From positions 1-64,000 of IMG/VR virus record IMGVR_UViG_3300032270_001445: DNA of 64,000 nt; one strand, given 5' to 3'. The notes below the pieces were generated by a model. That model was not told where the DNA came from. It did no database searches and was given only the letters and a program-made list of their open reading frames with translations. The position numbers and the translations under genes are program-made. The DNA comes from a virus. Its lineage: Duplodnaviria > Caudoviricetes. Below, in pieces: positions 8,796 to 19,277 of this stretch; position 1 is the stretch's first letter, and each line of letters opens with the position of its first letter.

Positions 8796-11700
8796 ATGGC
8801 AGAAGACAATAATATCCAGTGGGAAGCCCTTGGAGAAGTAGACGACTCAATTACGATACTTGAGGGGCTTTTGTGGGAAAAATTTGCCCCAGGACAGGTC
8901 GCAAATGTTGGTCGAGTTGATTATAGGGTTAAGGGAACAATTGACGACGCTGACTTTACCGCGGCGGAGCTAAAAGTTCAGTCTGCGCTAAAGTCTTTTG
9001 GCGTAAAACTTGACTCTGAAGGTATGCCGGAAGACATACCAAATACTCCATCTGGGAAAAAGCGTGCACTTGAAATACTTGCAAAAGTTCTTTCAAAAGA
9101 TCAGAAGCTTTTTAATGCACTACAGGCACACGGGGCAGTCAGGTCTGCCAGCGCCAAAATGGTCGCCGCACCATCGGCGGCGTCCGCAAGGGGCGCGAGA
9201 TCGTCAATAGCCGATAAAGCAAGGGCCAGGATTCAGAGAAGATTTGTTGCGTCCGCCGTTAAGGCCAGAAGGCAGGGGGATTTTTCCAAGGCGTACGCTG
9301 AATATGAAAAACTAACTGGTTCTAAAACAGTAACCGATGAAAAGGGAATCATTGGACCTGCTGGAAAAACCTACCCCGCCGCAGTAAGGATTGGCGGATT
9401 TGGCGGTCCACTTGATGTCATTGTAGAGGGAATACTTTCTGAGCGCGCAGGAGAGGGAAAAAGCAGTCCCCTAAGAAATGCTTTCAGTGAGCTTGGATTT
9501 GGTAGCGGCGGAAAACGAACAGGCCTTGCCGGGCAAATTAGTCACATATACGAAAAAGACCCAGAGCTTGCAATGTCGATTCTTATGGCTGCAATCGTAC
9601 CCCCTGGGTCAAAAGGCGCCATAAAAATAGACTCAAAAACTGGTAAAATTAACGTCTCTGGAGAGATATTTTCGCCAGCAGAGATTAAAAAAAGATCAAA
9701 TGACTTTGCGCAGATAGCAAAAATACTTGCAACAGGAAAGATAGGCGATCAGAAGATTATTTTGGCAGGTTCGCCAACTGAAAAAATTGTTCAGGCTTTT
9801 CTTGCGTATGCTAATGCAAATCCAAAATCAATGCTTGATAGGGAAACAAGAATAAAACTTGCCCTAAAAGAGGTAAAAGCCGGGAAGTATCAAAGCGGAG
9901 ATGTCTCAAGGGCAACAAAGCCCGCAAGTGATAAAGAGCTCTTTGTCGACACTACTGGGAAAAACCCAGAATTATATCGATGGAATAAGACTACAAAATC
10001 ATGGGTTCCACTTGGCGCCGCACCGATACAAATCTCAAGGGTAATCAAGGGCGACCAGGTTCTTATTGACCCAAAAGCAGCAGACGAACTCAAGAAGCTT
10101 TTTTCCTCTGCGGAAAGATCAATTTCTGGATCCAAAGCGGGAAAAGAACTTGTTAAAATCCTTAAAGATCTCGGAAGAAGAGGCGGCGAGATTGACGTCC
10201 TTGCAGAGGGAAGGCTTGCCGAGGAGGGGATGCGAAGGGTCAGAAAGGCGGAGAGATTTTCTGCAAAAAGAGAAAAAGCTGCAGGCATACAAGCGATAAA
10301 AGATGCCGCCGAAATAAACCTTTCTGAAATCCTTGGTGGAATAAATCAAACAAAGTTTGGCAAGTCAATACCAAAGCGCGGGCTCACAAAAGCTTTTATT
10401 GTATCAACAATCGGTAAAATTACTTCAGCAAGAATAAGAGTTCAAGAGAGGCTACGAAAAGATCGACTTGAAGACATGGGCCGAAAGGGTCGGCTTGACG
10501 ACGAGCGTGAATACGCAAGACTTCTTGCGGTAGAGCGATCCATCATCGGTGCGTATCAGGGGCTAAGATCCCTTCCGTCTTCAATAAGAAGAGAAATACC
10601 TGCGCTTTCAACGAAAGGCGGCAAGGTTGAGAGGCTGCCAAAGCTCGGTATGGGCAAAAAGAAAATAATTAATGACCCGAAAGCAATATACAGGGGAATG
10701 AGTCCTACCGAAAAGCAGGAAGAATACCGTTTAAAGAGGGAGGCAACAGAGAAGCTAATAGCTCCACATATAAAAGAGTCAAAAAGACTCGCTAAAGACC
10801 TTGCTACGATTTTTGGCGTGGCGGCTGGCAAGAAGAGTTACGAAGGGGTTTTGAGCGCTGCGGAAAAGGCTGCCCTTAGGTATTCGGAGATACAAAGTCA
10901 GGTCAAGTCTATGACAGGAGTCCCCCTTGAGGGCAGGCAACTGGCAATGCTTAAGGGAATTGTAAGAACCGATCAAGGAGGAGTTTTTACTTCGAATATA
11001 AGAGCTGGAGTAATTAACCACATCAATGTAAAAAACAGTGCCATTATAAAGCTTCTTAACGATGGAAGTCTTTTTGACGTAAACGGAAAAGTAACTGCGC
11101 AGGGTAAATTCGCCATAGACGACCTTATGGAGACGATTAAAAGATATAGACCCGTTATGCAGGTTATCGGTTATGGCGAAGCGAAAATAATAGTCGATGG
11201 CCAAGCTAAAATAATAGACGTTACGTCAAAGGGACTAGATGCGCATGAGAGGCTTGAGCGATTTGCGGACATTGTTTTCCAAAGGGGCGGTGTTATTAGC
11301 CTTGCCCAGCTTAGAGAGCTCGGCGCAACTCCATCGACTGCAGGAAACATTATTTTCAAAAACCTTCAAGGCCAGGGAAAGACATCGCAGGAAGCGCTCG
11401 AGGCAGTTGCCCAGGCTGAAGCTGCATCAAAAATGGACCCAGATAAGGTTCTTAAGCGACTGTTTGCTGTAAGCGGGGAGGACTCCGCTGGCCGAGCGGC
11501 AAAGATGGAGCTCATGGGCTTCCTTAGGAAGACCCTTGGTACAAAGGTCGATCCAGGAGCGGTCGATCAAGAAAGAATTGACTCACTTCTTTCAAGCCTT
11601 GGAATAAGCAAGGGCGGCAAACTCAACTTTAAAGCAATAGGGTCAAAGGGTCAGGGCACGCTCACGGACATATTTAAAAACGTTTTTCCTAACGAGAGTT

Positions 11701-14700
11701 ATTCAAAGGGGATGCTTGAGAACTGGTTTGAAACTATGGCCAAGGATGGTGTCAGGCAGCTAAGGGCAACACCAGGCAGTGCTATTTCTGGTCTTGTTGC
11801 ACGACCGCTTGGGCCGGAAGAGGTTAAGGCAGAAGTTGAAAGAATGCGCGAGCAGGCAAAGCTTGCGAAGGCAGAGGAGAAGGCCGCCAATGCAACGGCC
11901 AAGACGTCTAGGTCAACAAGGGCTTCTGGAAAACTTGGCACTGCTGCTGGCGTTAATGATCAGGGCGTTCCAGTAGACGAAAAGGGTAGGCCATTTCTTG
12001 TCGGGGCAAAGGGCGATAGGTTTGCTGCGCCAGGCCAGGGAAAGCCACCATCTGGAATCAGTGGGCTAGGAAAGTATCTTGTCAAGCAGGGGCTAATCTC
12101 TTCAGAGGATCAGCTTGTCATGCAGCCAAAGGCGCGAGGCAAGAAGCAGGGAATTGATGTGGCGGCAACTGCAGCAGCCGCAAAGCTCGGCGATGCTGGC
12201 ACTGCGATGCTCTCAATGGTCAATGCCGCACGGGCAAGGGGAATGAGGTTTGACCCTGAGAGCCGTGCTCCGCTTGCGCAGGGTGGGGCAAGTGATCTAT
12301 ATGGAATGATGCATGGCGGAACAAAGTTTACGGGACCAAAGCTTACGCCATTACAGAAGAAGTCACTCATGGCCGCAACCGACGCAGCAATGCAGAGCGG
12401 CGACATAAGATCAGGAAAGAGCGGCATGACTGCCGCAGAGTGGCTTGCATCGCAAAAGGCAAGGGCAAAGGTTCCTTCGGAAAAGGTCCTTAGAAAGTCA
12501 TTCCTTAAGAAGTTTGGAAGCGACGAAACGCTTAAGGCAATCGGCTCAAAGGCTGGCATTGACCTTTCTCCTGAAAGCGTCGCAAACGCCAGAAGTCAGT
12601 TTGATGCGGCAAGGGCGTCTGCAGCAGCAAGAAGGTCTCTTCTTAAGGACGTAAGAAAGCAGCAGGCGGCAAGGGCTAAGTGGCAAGAAAAGAGCGCGGC
12701 AAGATTTGCTGCTGGTAAATCACCAATTGACTTTGGCGGTCAGAGCCCTCTTCCAAATCGTGCCGCAGGAATACTTCCAACCCGCGCTCCAATTCGCGGA
12801 GCGGCCCCAGCCGCCGCAACAAAGGCAGTTGCCGAGGCAGCAGTAGGCACGGTTCAGGCTGTTGCAAGTCAGGCAGCTGGTGGAAGAATTCCAAACATTG
12901 ACATGGGCTCAGTCGGCTCAATGCTGGAACACATTGGGAAGATTAAAGCCCCTAACATTGCAAACCTGCAAAAGGTTGTTGAGGCACTTGCTAAGGTTCA
13001 AGAAATACTCAACACGGCTTCTGGTATTAGAGGTGGTATCGCCGGTAAGCTTCAGGGCGGTGCCGCTAGGGCTCCTGGTGGAAGGCTCTACAACGCGACA
13101 AAGGGAACAGGTCGCCCATTCCGATTCCTTGATGCCGAGCAAGCGCAATACCAGAAGGCAGCCTCTGAGTACGATGCTGCACGGAAGAAAGCCCTCGCAA
13201 CAAGCGTTGATCAGATAAAGTCCGGCGCGCTGCTTGGAAGGACGCTTCCAGGAGTTGTGAAGGGCGGACAAAAGACAACTGTTGGCTCCGAGCTTGACAG
13301 GATGCAGTCTGAAATATTCAAGGGTCTTGAGTCAAGGGCCCTATCAAGGGCTCAAAGGTCCGTTCGTGCCGGGAGACCCGCAACTGGGTACGCGACTGAC
13401 GCGCAGGGCGGCCTATCGCTTGGGCCAGAAATGGCACTCAGGATGCAGGAGAGGGCACGAGCGGCTGCTGTTTCCCGAATGGCACAGCAATACCCGAAGC
13501 AGCTCGCGTCAATGCAGACAGAGATTATTCGCGAGGCAAGAACTGCCTTTAGAACGGCTACGGCCCCAGCAAGATCTGCGGCAGCCCAGAGGGCAGTTGT
13601 CTACGACAGGAGCGGCGGAGGCGCACGTCCGCCAGGATACGCATCAAGGCCTGGTGGGTTTGGCGGCGGTGGCGGTGGATTCGGACGCCCACCAATGGGG
13701 CCTGCGGGTTTTGGTCGCGGCGGCATGGGCGGGGGATTTGGTGGCACGATACCGGGCCCGCAAATAGGTACTGACGGAGTTCAGAAATTTGCAAACGACG
13801 CGATGGGCATACTCGGAAATCTTCAGCAGCAAATTAAGTTCGGATTCTCTCAGGAAATAACAAGAGAAATATCACAAGCCCTTGGCGGAGTGCTTGCACA
13901 CTTCAAGGACGGAATAATAAAATTCAACCAAACCCTTGAAACGTCAACCGTTGCCTTCCAGACGCTTTTTGAGAACCAGCAAAAACTCAAGGGAGAAGAC
14001 ATTGACGTAGGTAAGGCAACTAAAGACTCTGAGTTCATGGTTTCATCGATTCAAAGCTTTGCTAACCTTACTCCATTCAGATTCCCTGAGCTTGTAGAAG
14101 CGGCAAGAAAAATGCAGGCGTTCGGATTTGAAACCAAAGAAATTCTTCCGAACCTTCAGGCAATTGGAGACGCGGTAGCCGCCCTCGGAGGAGAAGACGA
14201 TAAGATCAGAAGGATTACATACGCACTTGGCCAGATGCGATCAGCGGGGCGCGTGTACCAAAACGACATGATGCAGCTGGCGAACGCAGGTATTGCAGGT
14301 TACGACATTCTTTCGCGAGCACTCCTTCAGGACTTCGTCAAGACCGGGGATATTGTTCTTGAGTATAACGGAAAGACAATTGACAGGGCATACGTTCAGA
14401 CAACGGAAGGGCAGGCCGACCTCGTTACGGCTACCGTTAAGGCAACAGATGACGCTACAAGAGGGCAGGTCAAGCTTGCAAGCTCAAGCAGCGCAGAAAT
14501 TGCAGAAATATTCAAGAGAATCTCCCTGGACCCAATTGAGGCAATCCGAGACCTGACATCTAGCGGAAAAATCGGAGAGGGCGCCGCAGAGGCAATTATC
14601 GACGGACTCTCCCAATCGTATGGCGGCGGCATGAAGAAGCTTGCCAAGACGTTTGAGGGAGGAATGTCAACCCTTGCAGACGTAAGCCAGTACTTTGTTG

Positions 14701-17700
14701 CACAGGTAAGTAGGCCGCTCTTCGAGCTAACGAGAGATGTTGTTATTGATCTTGGGCTCTTCTTCCAGTCAAGAATGGCGCAAAGAGCAGTAACTAAATT
14801 TGCTGGCGCATTTGCCTTGATGATACCCCCAGTGGAAAAAACGTTTAGAGACGTTGTGGATATTTCTTCTAACGGCGTTTCTGGAATTATTGGAGTTATT
14901 GGATCTCTTGGTGGCCGTCTTGACGCGGGTGGGGGCATGTCATTCCTGGATCGATTTGGTGACGGAATAGCGATCGTCGCGGACATCATGAGAACCGATC
15001 TTGCAAAGGCAATATTCGGAACAATACTAGTGGTCAAGGCGCTTTCTCTTGCCGTAGGCCTAAACCCAATGGCCGCGCTTATAGGTGGAATTATTGTTGG
15101 AATTTCTGCAATAAAGCAATTTACCGATGCAACTGGTGATAGCGAAATATCCAGAACATTTGGATCGATGATCCTCGCGTTTGACTCAATGAAGAGAACC
15201 TTTGCCCCGATGCTGGAGAGGATAGCAGCCACGCTTTCGTCAGCATTTGGCGCAACGTTTATAGCAATGATTCGGGTGGCCGTACCTGTCCTGCAAAAAG
15301 TTTTGAATATTATGAACGCAATTCTTCAGGTGTTTACTTCTCTACCACTAATGAGCGAGGCGCTTGGACTTGCCGCAACCTATGCATTGCTCAGAAGAAT
15401 GATTCTTCCTCTAAACAAAATGATACTTGGCTCGCCCTCTACAATTGATCCAAGAACGGGAATGGCAGTTCCCGGAGGTCTTGGAATCGGTGGGACAATT
15501 GATCAGGGATTAAGGAACACTTCCAGCAATCTATATGCTGCCGCTGGGGGCGGTAGGGGCGGTGTCGTTGCAAGGGCACTTGGTTTTGGCCCAACGGCGT
15601 TTGAGGCCAACCCAATGACTCTCGCAAGAAATAGATTTGCCGCAATGGAGGCAAGAGGGTTTTTCCCAGCTGGTGGGGCAGCAAGAGCGTCTGCTGCGCA
15701 CAGGGGAGTTCTTGCAGATGCCGTCCAAAGAAGGGGGCTACAGGGCGCAAGGGATGTCTTGGGAAACACTACGAATACGCGCGGCGGGTCAGTTGCGCTG
15801 CGGGCCGGACTTAAGGCGGGTAATTTTGGCGCAACAGGAGACGACATACTCACAAGAAGGATGATCAGTCTAAAAGAGTCAATCAGTCAGCTTTTCGGCA
15901 CCGCGCTGCAGTCCTTCACGGGAAGAATAAGCGAATACTACAAGAGGTTTAGATTTGGTGGCAAGGCAAGCACCCTCATGCCCAAGCAGCTGCTTCTTGG
16001 GCCTGGAAATCTCCAGCTTCCCGCTGGTCCGATAAATGCGCAGACGCTTCTTCCTAGACCGAATATAGCCGGTCTTCTTCCGGCATCCGCAGAAAGCCTA
16101 GGGCTTAGATTGCCGGACACGAGCCCAATTAGGCCAATTGCAAAGATGACTCTTGTCGAAAGAATGTTTAAGGCTTCGGAAAGATATGCGGAGGCAGTAA
16201 TCCGCGCCCACAGACCGCTGATTGCCCTTGCAAATCGAATCGAGTCAATTCCCGGCGTTCTTCGATCAATGGCGGACTCGATATACCACGGAATCGGAAG
16301 AGGCATAATAAAAACAACTCGCGCAATTGTATACGGCCCTGGAAACCTTGCGGAGTCAATGGTTAATTCAATGAGAAGGCTTGGAAGCAGGGTATTCCAC
16401 GCCATGGGCCGTGCGACAATCTCTGCGACGAAGGCAATCGTCTATGGGCCGGGAAACGTGGGGGTTGCCGTTATCGACTCCATGCAGAAGCTTGGCGCAA
16501 GAGTTCTTGATTCTGTTGCTACCAGGGCAATTCCAGGGGTTGGAAATTTTGCTGAGCGCGGCGCCGGTCCGCTTACAAAGCGAATGGTGGATCTAAATTA
16601 CTTTACCAAGAAGGCACAGGGGGCGGCCTCGCTGCCAGGAAGGGCTCTTGACTTTGCGGCAAATAGGCTCACTGTTCAAAGCCCGCTGATCTCAAGCGGC
16701 CTTGGACCCGTTAGCATGTTTGGAAGATTCCAAACTGCGGTTGGTCAGTTTGCCGGTGCGGTAAAGATTTTTGCAGCGGGAGCAAAAACCGCAATCGTCG
16801 CCGGTGGGTCTTCGGTACTAAAAAATATATCTTCCATAGGAATTCCCGCGCTTCTTCTTGCCGGGCTGACGAAAGGCAAAGCTGGGCTCTCAACAATAAA
16901 AAACCTTGCAACTGGTGGTGCTGCGATAAGCGCAGCGGCGGCAAAGAAAGTTGCGATTGCCGGAGGTCAGGGGGCTATTTCTCTTGGCAAAAAGGCACTT
17001 GGGCCGACCGGTTTATTTGCGGGCCTATTCACTGCCGCGGACGCCATCGGAAGGATTTCCTCAGGGGAAGACGCGGCAAGGGTTGGAGTCGAGAGCACGT
17101 TTGACCTTGGCGGAATGCTTATCGGTGGCAGCATTGCAGCCGCGGGGGCAACCGCGGTTGGACTTGGTGGCGGAATCCCGTTGGCGATCGCCGGGATTGT
17201 TGGCTCAATGCTTGGAATGGACCTTATCGGAGGAATAGGGAATACCGTTGCCGACTCTCTTGGGCTCCGCGACGTTGCAGGTGAACAGGCAGGAGCAGCA
17301 GCAGTAGATCCAGTTGATGTTGAAAAATCTAATGCAATTAGAGCAGCCTTCGCCGACACAAAGCTTACCGTTCAGGAAATAAACGGACTCCTTGACACCT
17401 TTGACGTACGATCAGACGACATTGTTGCCAACATGCTTACCGGTGACACGCTTCCTACTACCGACGAGCTGCTCGGCGGTGTTTCATCAAGGCTTTCCCT
17501 TACTGAGGAACAGACATCATCACTGCAATCAGTGCTAGCCATGGTTTCTGAAGAGATGACTCGTCAGAATCAAAGAGTTGCTAAGGGTGCCGGAGATTGG
17601 GAGGCGTATAAGAATGCAGGAAAGTCCGCGATTACTGAGCTTGCAATAAGGCTCGCCTCGATGGGCGATATTACAAGCACAGATCAGCTATTCCAGACTA

Positions 17701-19277
17701 TTGAGATGCTTGCAAAAGAGCTTGGAATTAAGCTTACTAATGACGCGTACGGATTGTTCAACGGGACAGGCGCTGCTGCAGAAGACGCTCAAAAGAAGGT
17801 CAGTAAGCTGCAGGAGGCCGTGGACAAGCTTAGGGCATCTGTTTCAAAGTGGAGCTCAAGGCTTTCAACTAGGATCATGATGCTCTTTGACAAGAGAATG
17901 CAGGACAACCTCGAAAAGGCAAAGGAGAACCTCGACGCCACATTTGAAGTAATTTACGACGGCACAACAACAAACGTCAAGGCATTGAGGGACGAGATAG
18001 AGGCCCAAGAAAAGAAGAACAAGCTTCTCGCCATCGAAAAGAGGATTAGAGAGGCAACAAGAAACGTTGAAATGGCTCGCCTTTCCCAGTACGACGCAAG
18101 CGTCGACCCTCTTGAGGCCGCGGCGAGGATGCGAGAGGCAGAGGAAGCAAAAACAGAAGCGCTGAAAGAGGCTGCGCTTGAGCGGAAGAAAATTGCGCTT
18201 GAGGAGGCCCTTACGTCAACACCATACCTTGACGCAGTTGATGATCTGGAGGAGCAATTTGAGGCTGTGAAGCTAAAGTTCCAGGAGGGGATGGAGGACA
18301 TTCTTGCCCAACTTGAAAAGGGAAAGATTACCGGAGACGAGGCAATTGCAAAGATACAGGCACTATATGGCGAAAGCTTTGCACTTGTTGGGGACCTTGA
18401 TGCCGACCTCATTGTTGACGCCGCAGACTTTGGCGACAACTTCATGGGGACATGGAACGTAATCATCGACAAGCTCAAGACAGTTGTTGACAAATTTATT
18501 AAGCAGCTTAAGAGGCTCAGAAGGGCCGTCAAGTCACTTAACGATCCAGGGACTGAGCCGGAACCTACGGAGCCTGATATTCCATTTCAAGCGCCTAACA
18601 GCGACTCTTCCCTTGGCGGAAGAGCGTACGACAACTGGAGGGGCCACGGAGTTCAGATCACAGACCAGATCAAGGGCGAAGCTGCCAATATGGACGCCGC
18701 AAGCGATGCACTGATAAAGCAGGCAGTAAAAACTAGGTACATCGCAATGCGGAAAGAGCTTGGAAGAATGTTGTCCCTTGGCGCTCCTGCTGGTGCGAAC
18801 CCGTATAACTGGGGTGTAATAATGTCCAACGCGCTTAGCCAGTTCTCCTTTAACCCATTGGGTAAAATGGGACAGGCGTACAATATGGCGTCAAACATGA
18901 GCACTAAGTCAAAAGACGTAGAAGCATTTTTCAAGGTAGCACACATAGCATTGGTAAAGGGACTTGGTTCATATGCGGGAAACATACCAAAGATGGCAAG
19001 CGGCGGGACAATCATGGGTCCTGGAATGTTCTCGGTCGGAGAGGCGGGAAGAGAAACCCTGCAGGTTGTTCCTGGCGGCGTCGCACGCGTATTCCCAAGA
19101 AGAATACGACCTATCAGCGGGATCGGTGCTGCGGGTGGCGGTGGCGGTGGAATCAACGCAAGTGTTATAATCAACAACCCAACAGTAAGAAACGATCAGG
19201 ACATCAGGAAGCTTGCCGAGGAAGTCACGAGGGCGCAGCGATCGCTGCTCAGGTCTTCAGGGGTGGGAAGGATTTAA
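8796..19277 (+). CDS. tape measure protein with very long N-terminal extension
   Basis: Position after chaperones; tape-measure domain TPFRFPELVEAARKMQAFG...ITYALGQM at about 14050-14300; C-terminal PKMASGG...VGEAGRE motif; 3493 aa. Confidence 0.9.
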   Translation: MAEDNNIQWEALGEVDDSITILEGLLWEKFAPGQVANVGRVDYRVKGTIDDADFTAAELKVQSALKSFGVKLDSEGMPEDIPNTPSGKKRALEILAKVLSKDQKLFNALQAHGAVRSASAKMVAAPSAASARGARSSIADKARARIQRRFVASAVKARRQGDFSKAYAEYEKLTGSKTVTDEKGIIGPAGKTYPAAVRIGGFGGPLDVIVEGILSERAGEGKSSPLRNAFSELGFGSGGKRTGLAGQISHIYEKDPELAMSILMAAIVPPGSKGAIKIDSKTGKINVSGEIFSPAEIKKRSNDFAQIAKILATGKIGDQKIILAGSPTEKIVQAFLAYANANPKSMLDRETRIKLALKEVKAGKYQSGDVSRATKPASDKELFVDTTGKNPELYRWNKTTKSWVPLGAAPIQISRVIKGDQVLIDPKAADELKKLFSSAERSISGSKAGKELVKILKDLGRRGGEIDVLAEGRLAEEGMRRVRKAERFSAKREKAAGIQAIKDAAEINLSEILGGINQTKFGKSIPKRGLTKAFIVSTIGKITSARIRVQERLRKDRLEDMGRKGRLDDEREYARLLAVERSIIGAYQGLRSLPSSIRREIPALSTKGGKVERLPKLGMGKKKIINDPKAIYRGMSPTEKQEEYRLKREATEKLIAPHIKESKRLAKDLATIFGVAAGKKSYEGVLSAAEKAALRYSEIQSQVKSMTGVPLEGRQLAMLKGIVRTDQGGVFTSNIRAGVINHINVKNSAIIKLLNDGSLFDVNGKVTAQGKFAIDDLMETIKRYRPVMQVIGYGEAKIIVDGQAKIIDVTSKGLDAHERLERFADIVFQRGGVISLAQLRELGATPSTAGNIIFKNLQGQGKTSQEALEAVAQAEAASKMDPDKVLKRLFAVSGEDSAGRAAKMELMGFLRKTLGTKVDPGAVDQERIDSLLSSLGISKGGKLNFKAIGSKGQGTLTDIFKNVFPNESYSKGMLENWFETMAKDGVRQLRATPGSAISGLVARPLGPEEVKAEVERMREQAKLAKAEEKAANATAKTSRSTRASGKLGTAAGVNDQGVPVDEKGRPFLVGAKGDRFAAPGQGKPPSGISGLGKYLVKQGLISSEDQLVMQPKARGKKQGIDVAATAAAAKLGDAGTAMLSMVNAARARGMRFDPESRAPLAQGGASDLYGMMHGGTKFTGPKLTPLQKKSLMAATDAAMQSGDIRSGKSGMTAAEWLASQKARAKVPSEKVLRKSFLKKFGSDETLKAIGSKAGIDLSPESVANARSQFDAARASAAARRSLLKDVRKQQAARAKWQEKSAARFAAGKSPIDFGGQSPLPNRAAGILPTRAPIRGAAPAAATKAVAEAAVGTVQAVASQAAGGRIPNIDMGSVGSMLEHIGKIKAPNIANLQKVVEALAKVQEILNTASGIRGGIAGKLQGGAARAPGGRLYNATKGTGRPFRFLDAEQAQYQKAASEYDAARKKALATSVDQIKSGALLGRTLPGVVKGGQKTTVGSELDRMQSEIFKGLESRALSRAQRSVRAGRPATGYATDAQGGLSLGPEMALRMQERARAAAVSRMAQQYPKQLASMQTEIIREARTAFRTATAPARSAAAQRAVVYDRSGGGARPPGYASRPGGFGGGGGGFGRPPMGPAGFGRGGMGGGFGGTIPGPQIGTDGVQKFANDAMGILGNLQQQIKFGFSQEITREISQALGGVLAHFKDGIIKFNQTLETSTVAFQTLFENQQKLKGEDIDVGKATKDSEFMVSSIQSFANLTPFRFPELVEAARKMQAFGFETKEILPNLQAIGDAVAALGGEDDKIRRITYALGQMRSAGRVYQNDMMQLANAGIAGYDILSRALLQDFVKTGDIVLEYNGKTIDRAYVQTTEGQADLVTATVKATDDATRGQVKLASSSSAEIAEIFKRISLDPIEAIRDLTSSGKIGEGAAEAIIDGLSQSYGGGMKKLAKTFEGGMSTLADVSQYFVAQVSRPLFELTRDVVIDLGLFFQSRMAQRAVTKFAGAFALMIPPVEKTFRDVVDISSNGVSGIIGVIGSLGGRLDAGGGMSFLDRFGDGIAIVADIMRTDLAKAIFGTILVVKALSLAVGLNPMAALIGGIIVGISAIKQFTDATGDSEISRTFGSMILAFDSMKRTFAPMLERIAATLSSAFGATFIAMIRVAVPVLQKVLNIMNAILQVFTSLPLMSEALGLAATYALLRRMILPLNKMILGSPSTIDPRTGMAVPGGLGIGGTIDQGLRNTSSNLYAAAGGGRGGVVARALGFGPTAFEANPMTLARNRFAAMEARGFFPAGGAARASAAHRGVLADAVQRRGLQGARDVLGNTTNTRGGSVALRAGLKAGNFGATGDDILTRRMISLKESISQLFGTALQSFTGRISEYYKRFRFGGKASTLMPKQLLLGPGNLQLPAGPINAQTLLPRPNIAGLLPASAESLGLRLPDTSPIRPIAKMTLVERMFKASERYAEAVIRAHRPLIALANRIESIPGVLRSMADSIYHGIGRGIIKTTRAIVYGPGNLAESMVNSMRRLGSRVFHAMGRATISATKAIVYGPGNVGVAVIDSMQKLGARVLDSVATRAIPGVGNFAERGAGPLTKRMVDLNYFTKKAQGAASLPGRALDFAANRLTVQSPLISSGLGPVSMFGRFQTAVGQFAGAVKIFAAGAKTAIVAGGSSVLKNISSIGIPALLLAGLTKGKAGLSTIKNLATGGAAISAAAAKKVAIAGGQGAISLGKKALGPTGLFAGLFTAADAIGRISSGEDAARVGVESTFDLGGMLIGGSIAAAGATAVGLGGGIPLAIAGIVGSMLGMDLIGGIGNTVADSLGLRDVAGEQAGAAAVDPVDVEKSNAIRAAFADTKLTVQEINGLLDTFDVRSDDIVANMLTGDTLPTTDELLGGVSSRLSLTEEQTSSLQSVLAMVSEEMTRQNQRVAKGAGDWEAYKNAGKSAITELAIRLASMGDITSTDQLFQTIEMLAKELGIKLTNDAYGLFNGTGAAAEDAQKKVSKLQEAVDKLRASVSKWSSRLSTRIMMLFDKRMQDNLEKAKENLDATFEVIYDGTTTNVKALRDEIEAQEKKNKLLAIEKRIREATRNVEMARLSQYDASVDPLEAAARMREAEEAKTEALKEAALERKKIALEEALTSTPYLDAVDDLEEQFEAVKLKFQEGMEDILAQLEKGKITGDEAIAKIQALYGESFALVGDLDADLIVDAADFGDNFMGTWNVIIDKLKTVVDKFIKQLKRLRRAVKSLNDPGTEPEPTEPDIPFQAPNSDSSLGGRAYDNWRGHGVQITDQIKGEAANMDAASDALIKQAVKTRYIAMRKELGRMLSLGAPAGANPYNWGVIMSNALSQFSFNPLGKMGQAYNMASNMSTKSKDVEAFFKVAHIALVKGLGSYAGNIPKMASGGTIMGPGMFSVGEAGRETLQVVPGGVARVFPRRIRPISGIGAAGGGGGGINASVIINNPTVRNDQDIRKLAEEVTRAQRSLLRSSGVGRI

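Noticed and set aside
8796-19277. N4-like 3500-aa virion RNA polymerase (size match plus hairpin sites)
   Set aside because: Position, tape-measure domain and C-terminal TMP motif are clear; I recognised no T7-like or NADFDGD polymerase motifs
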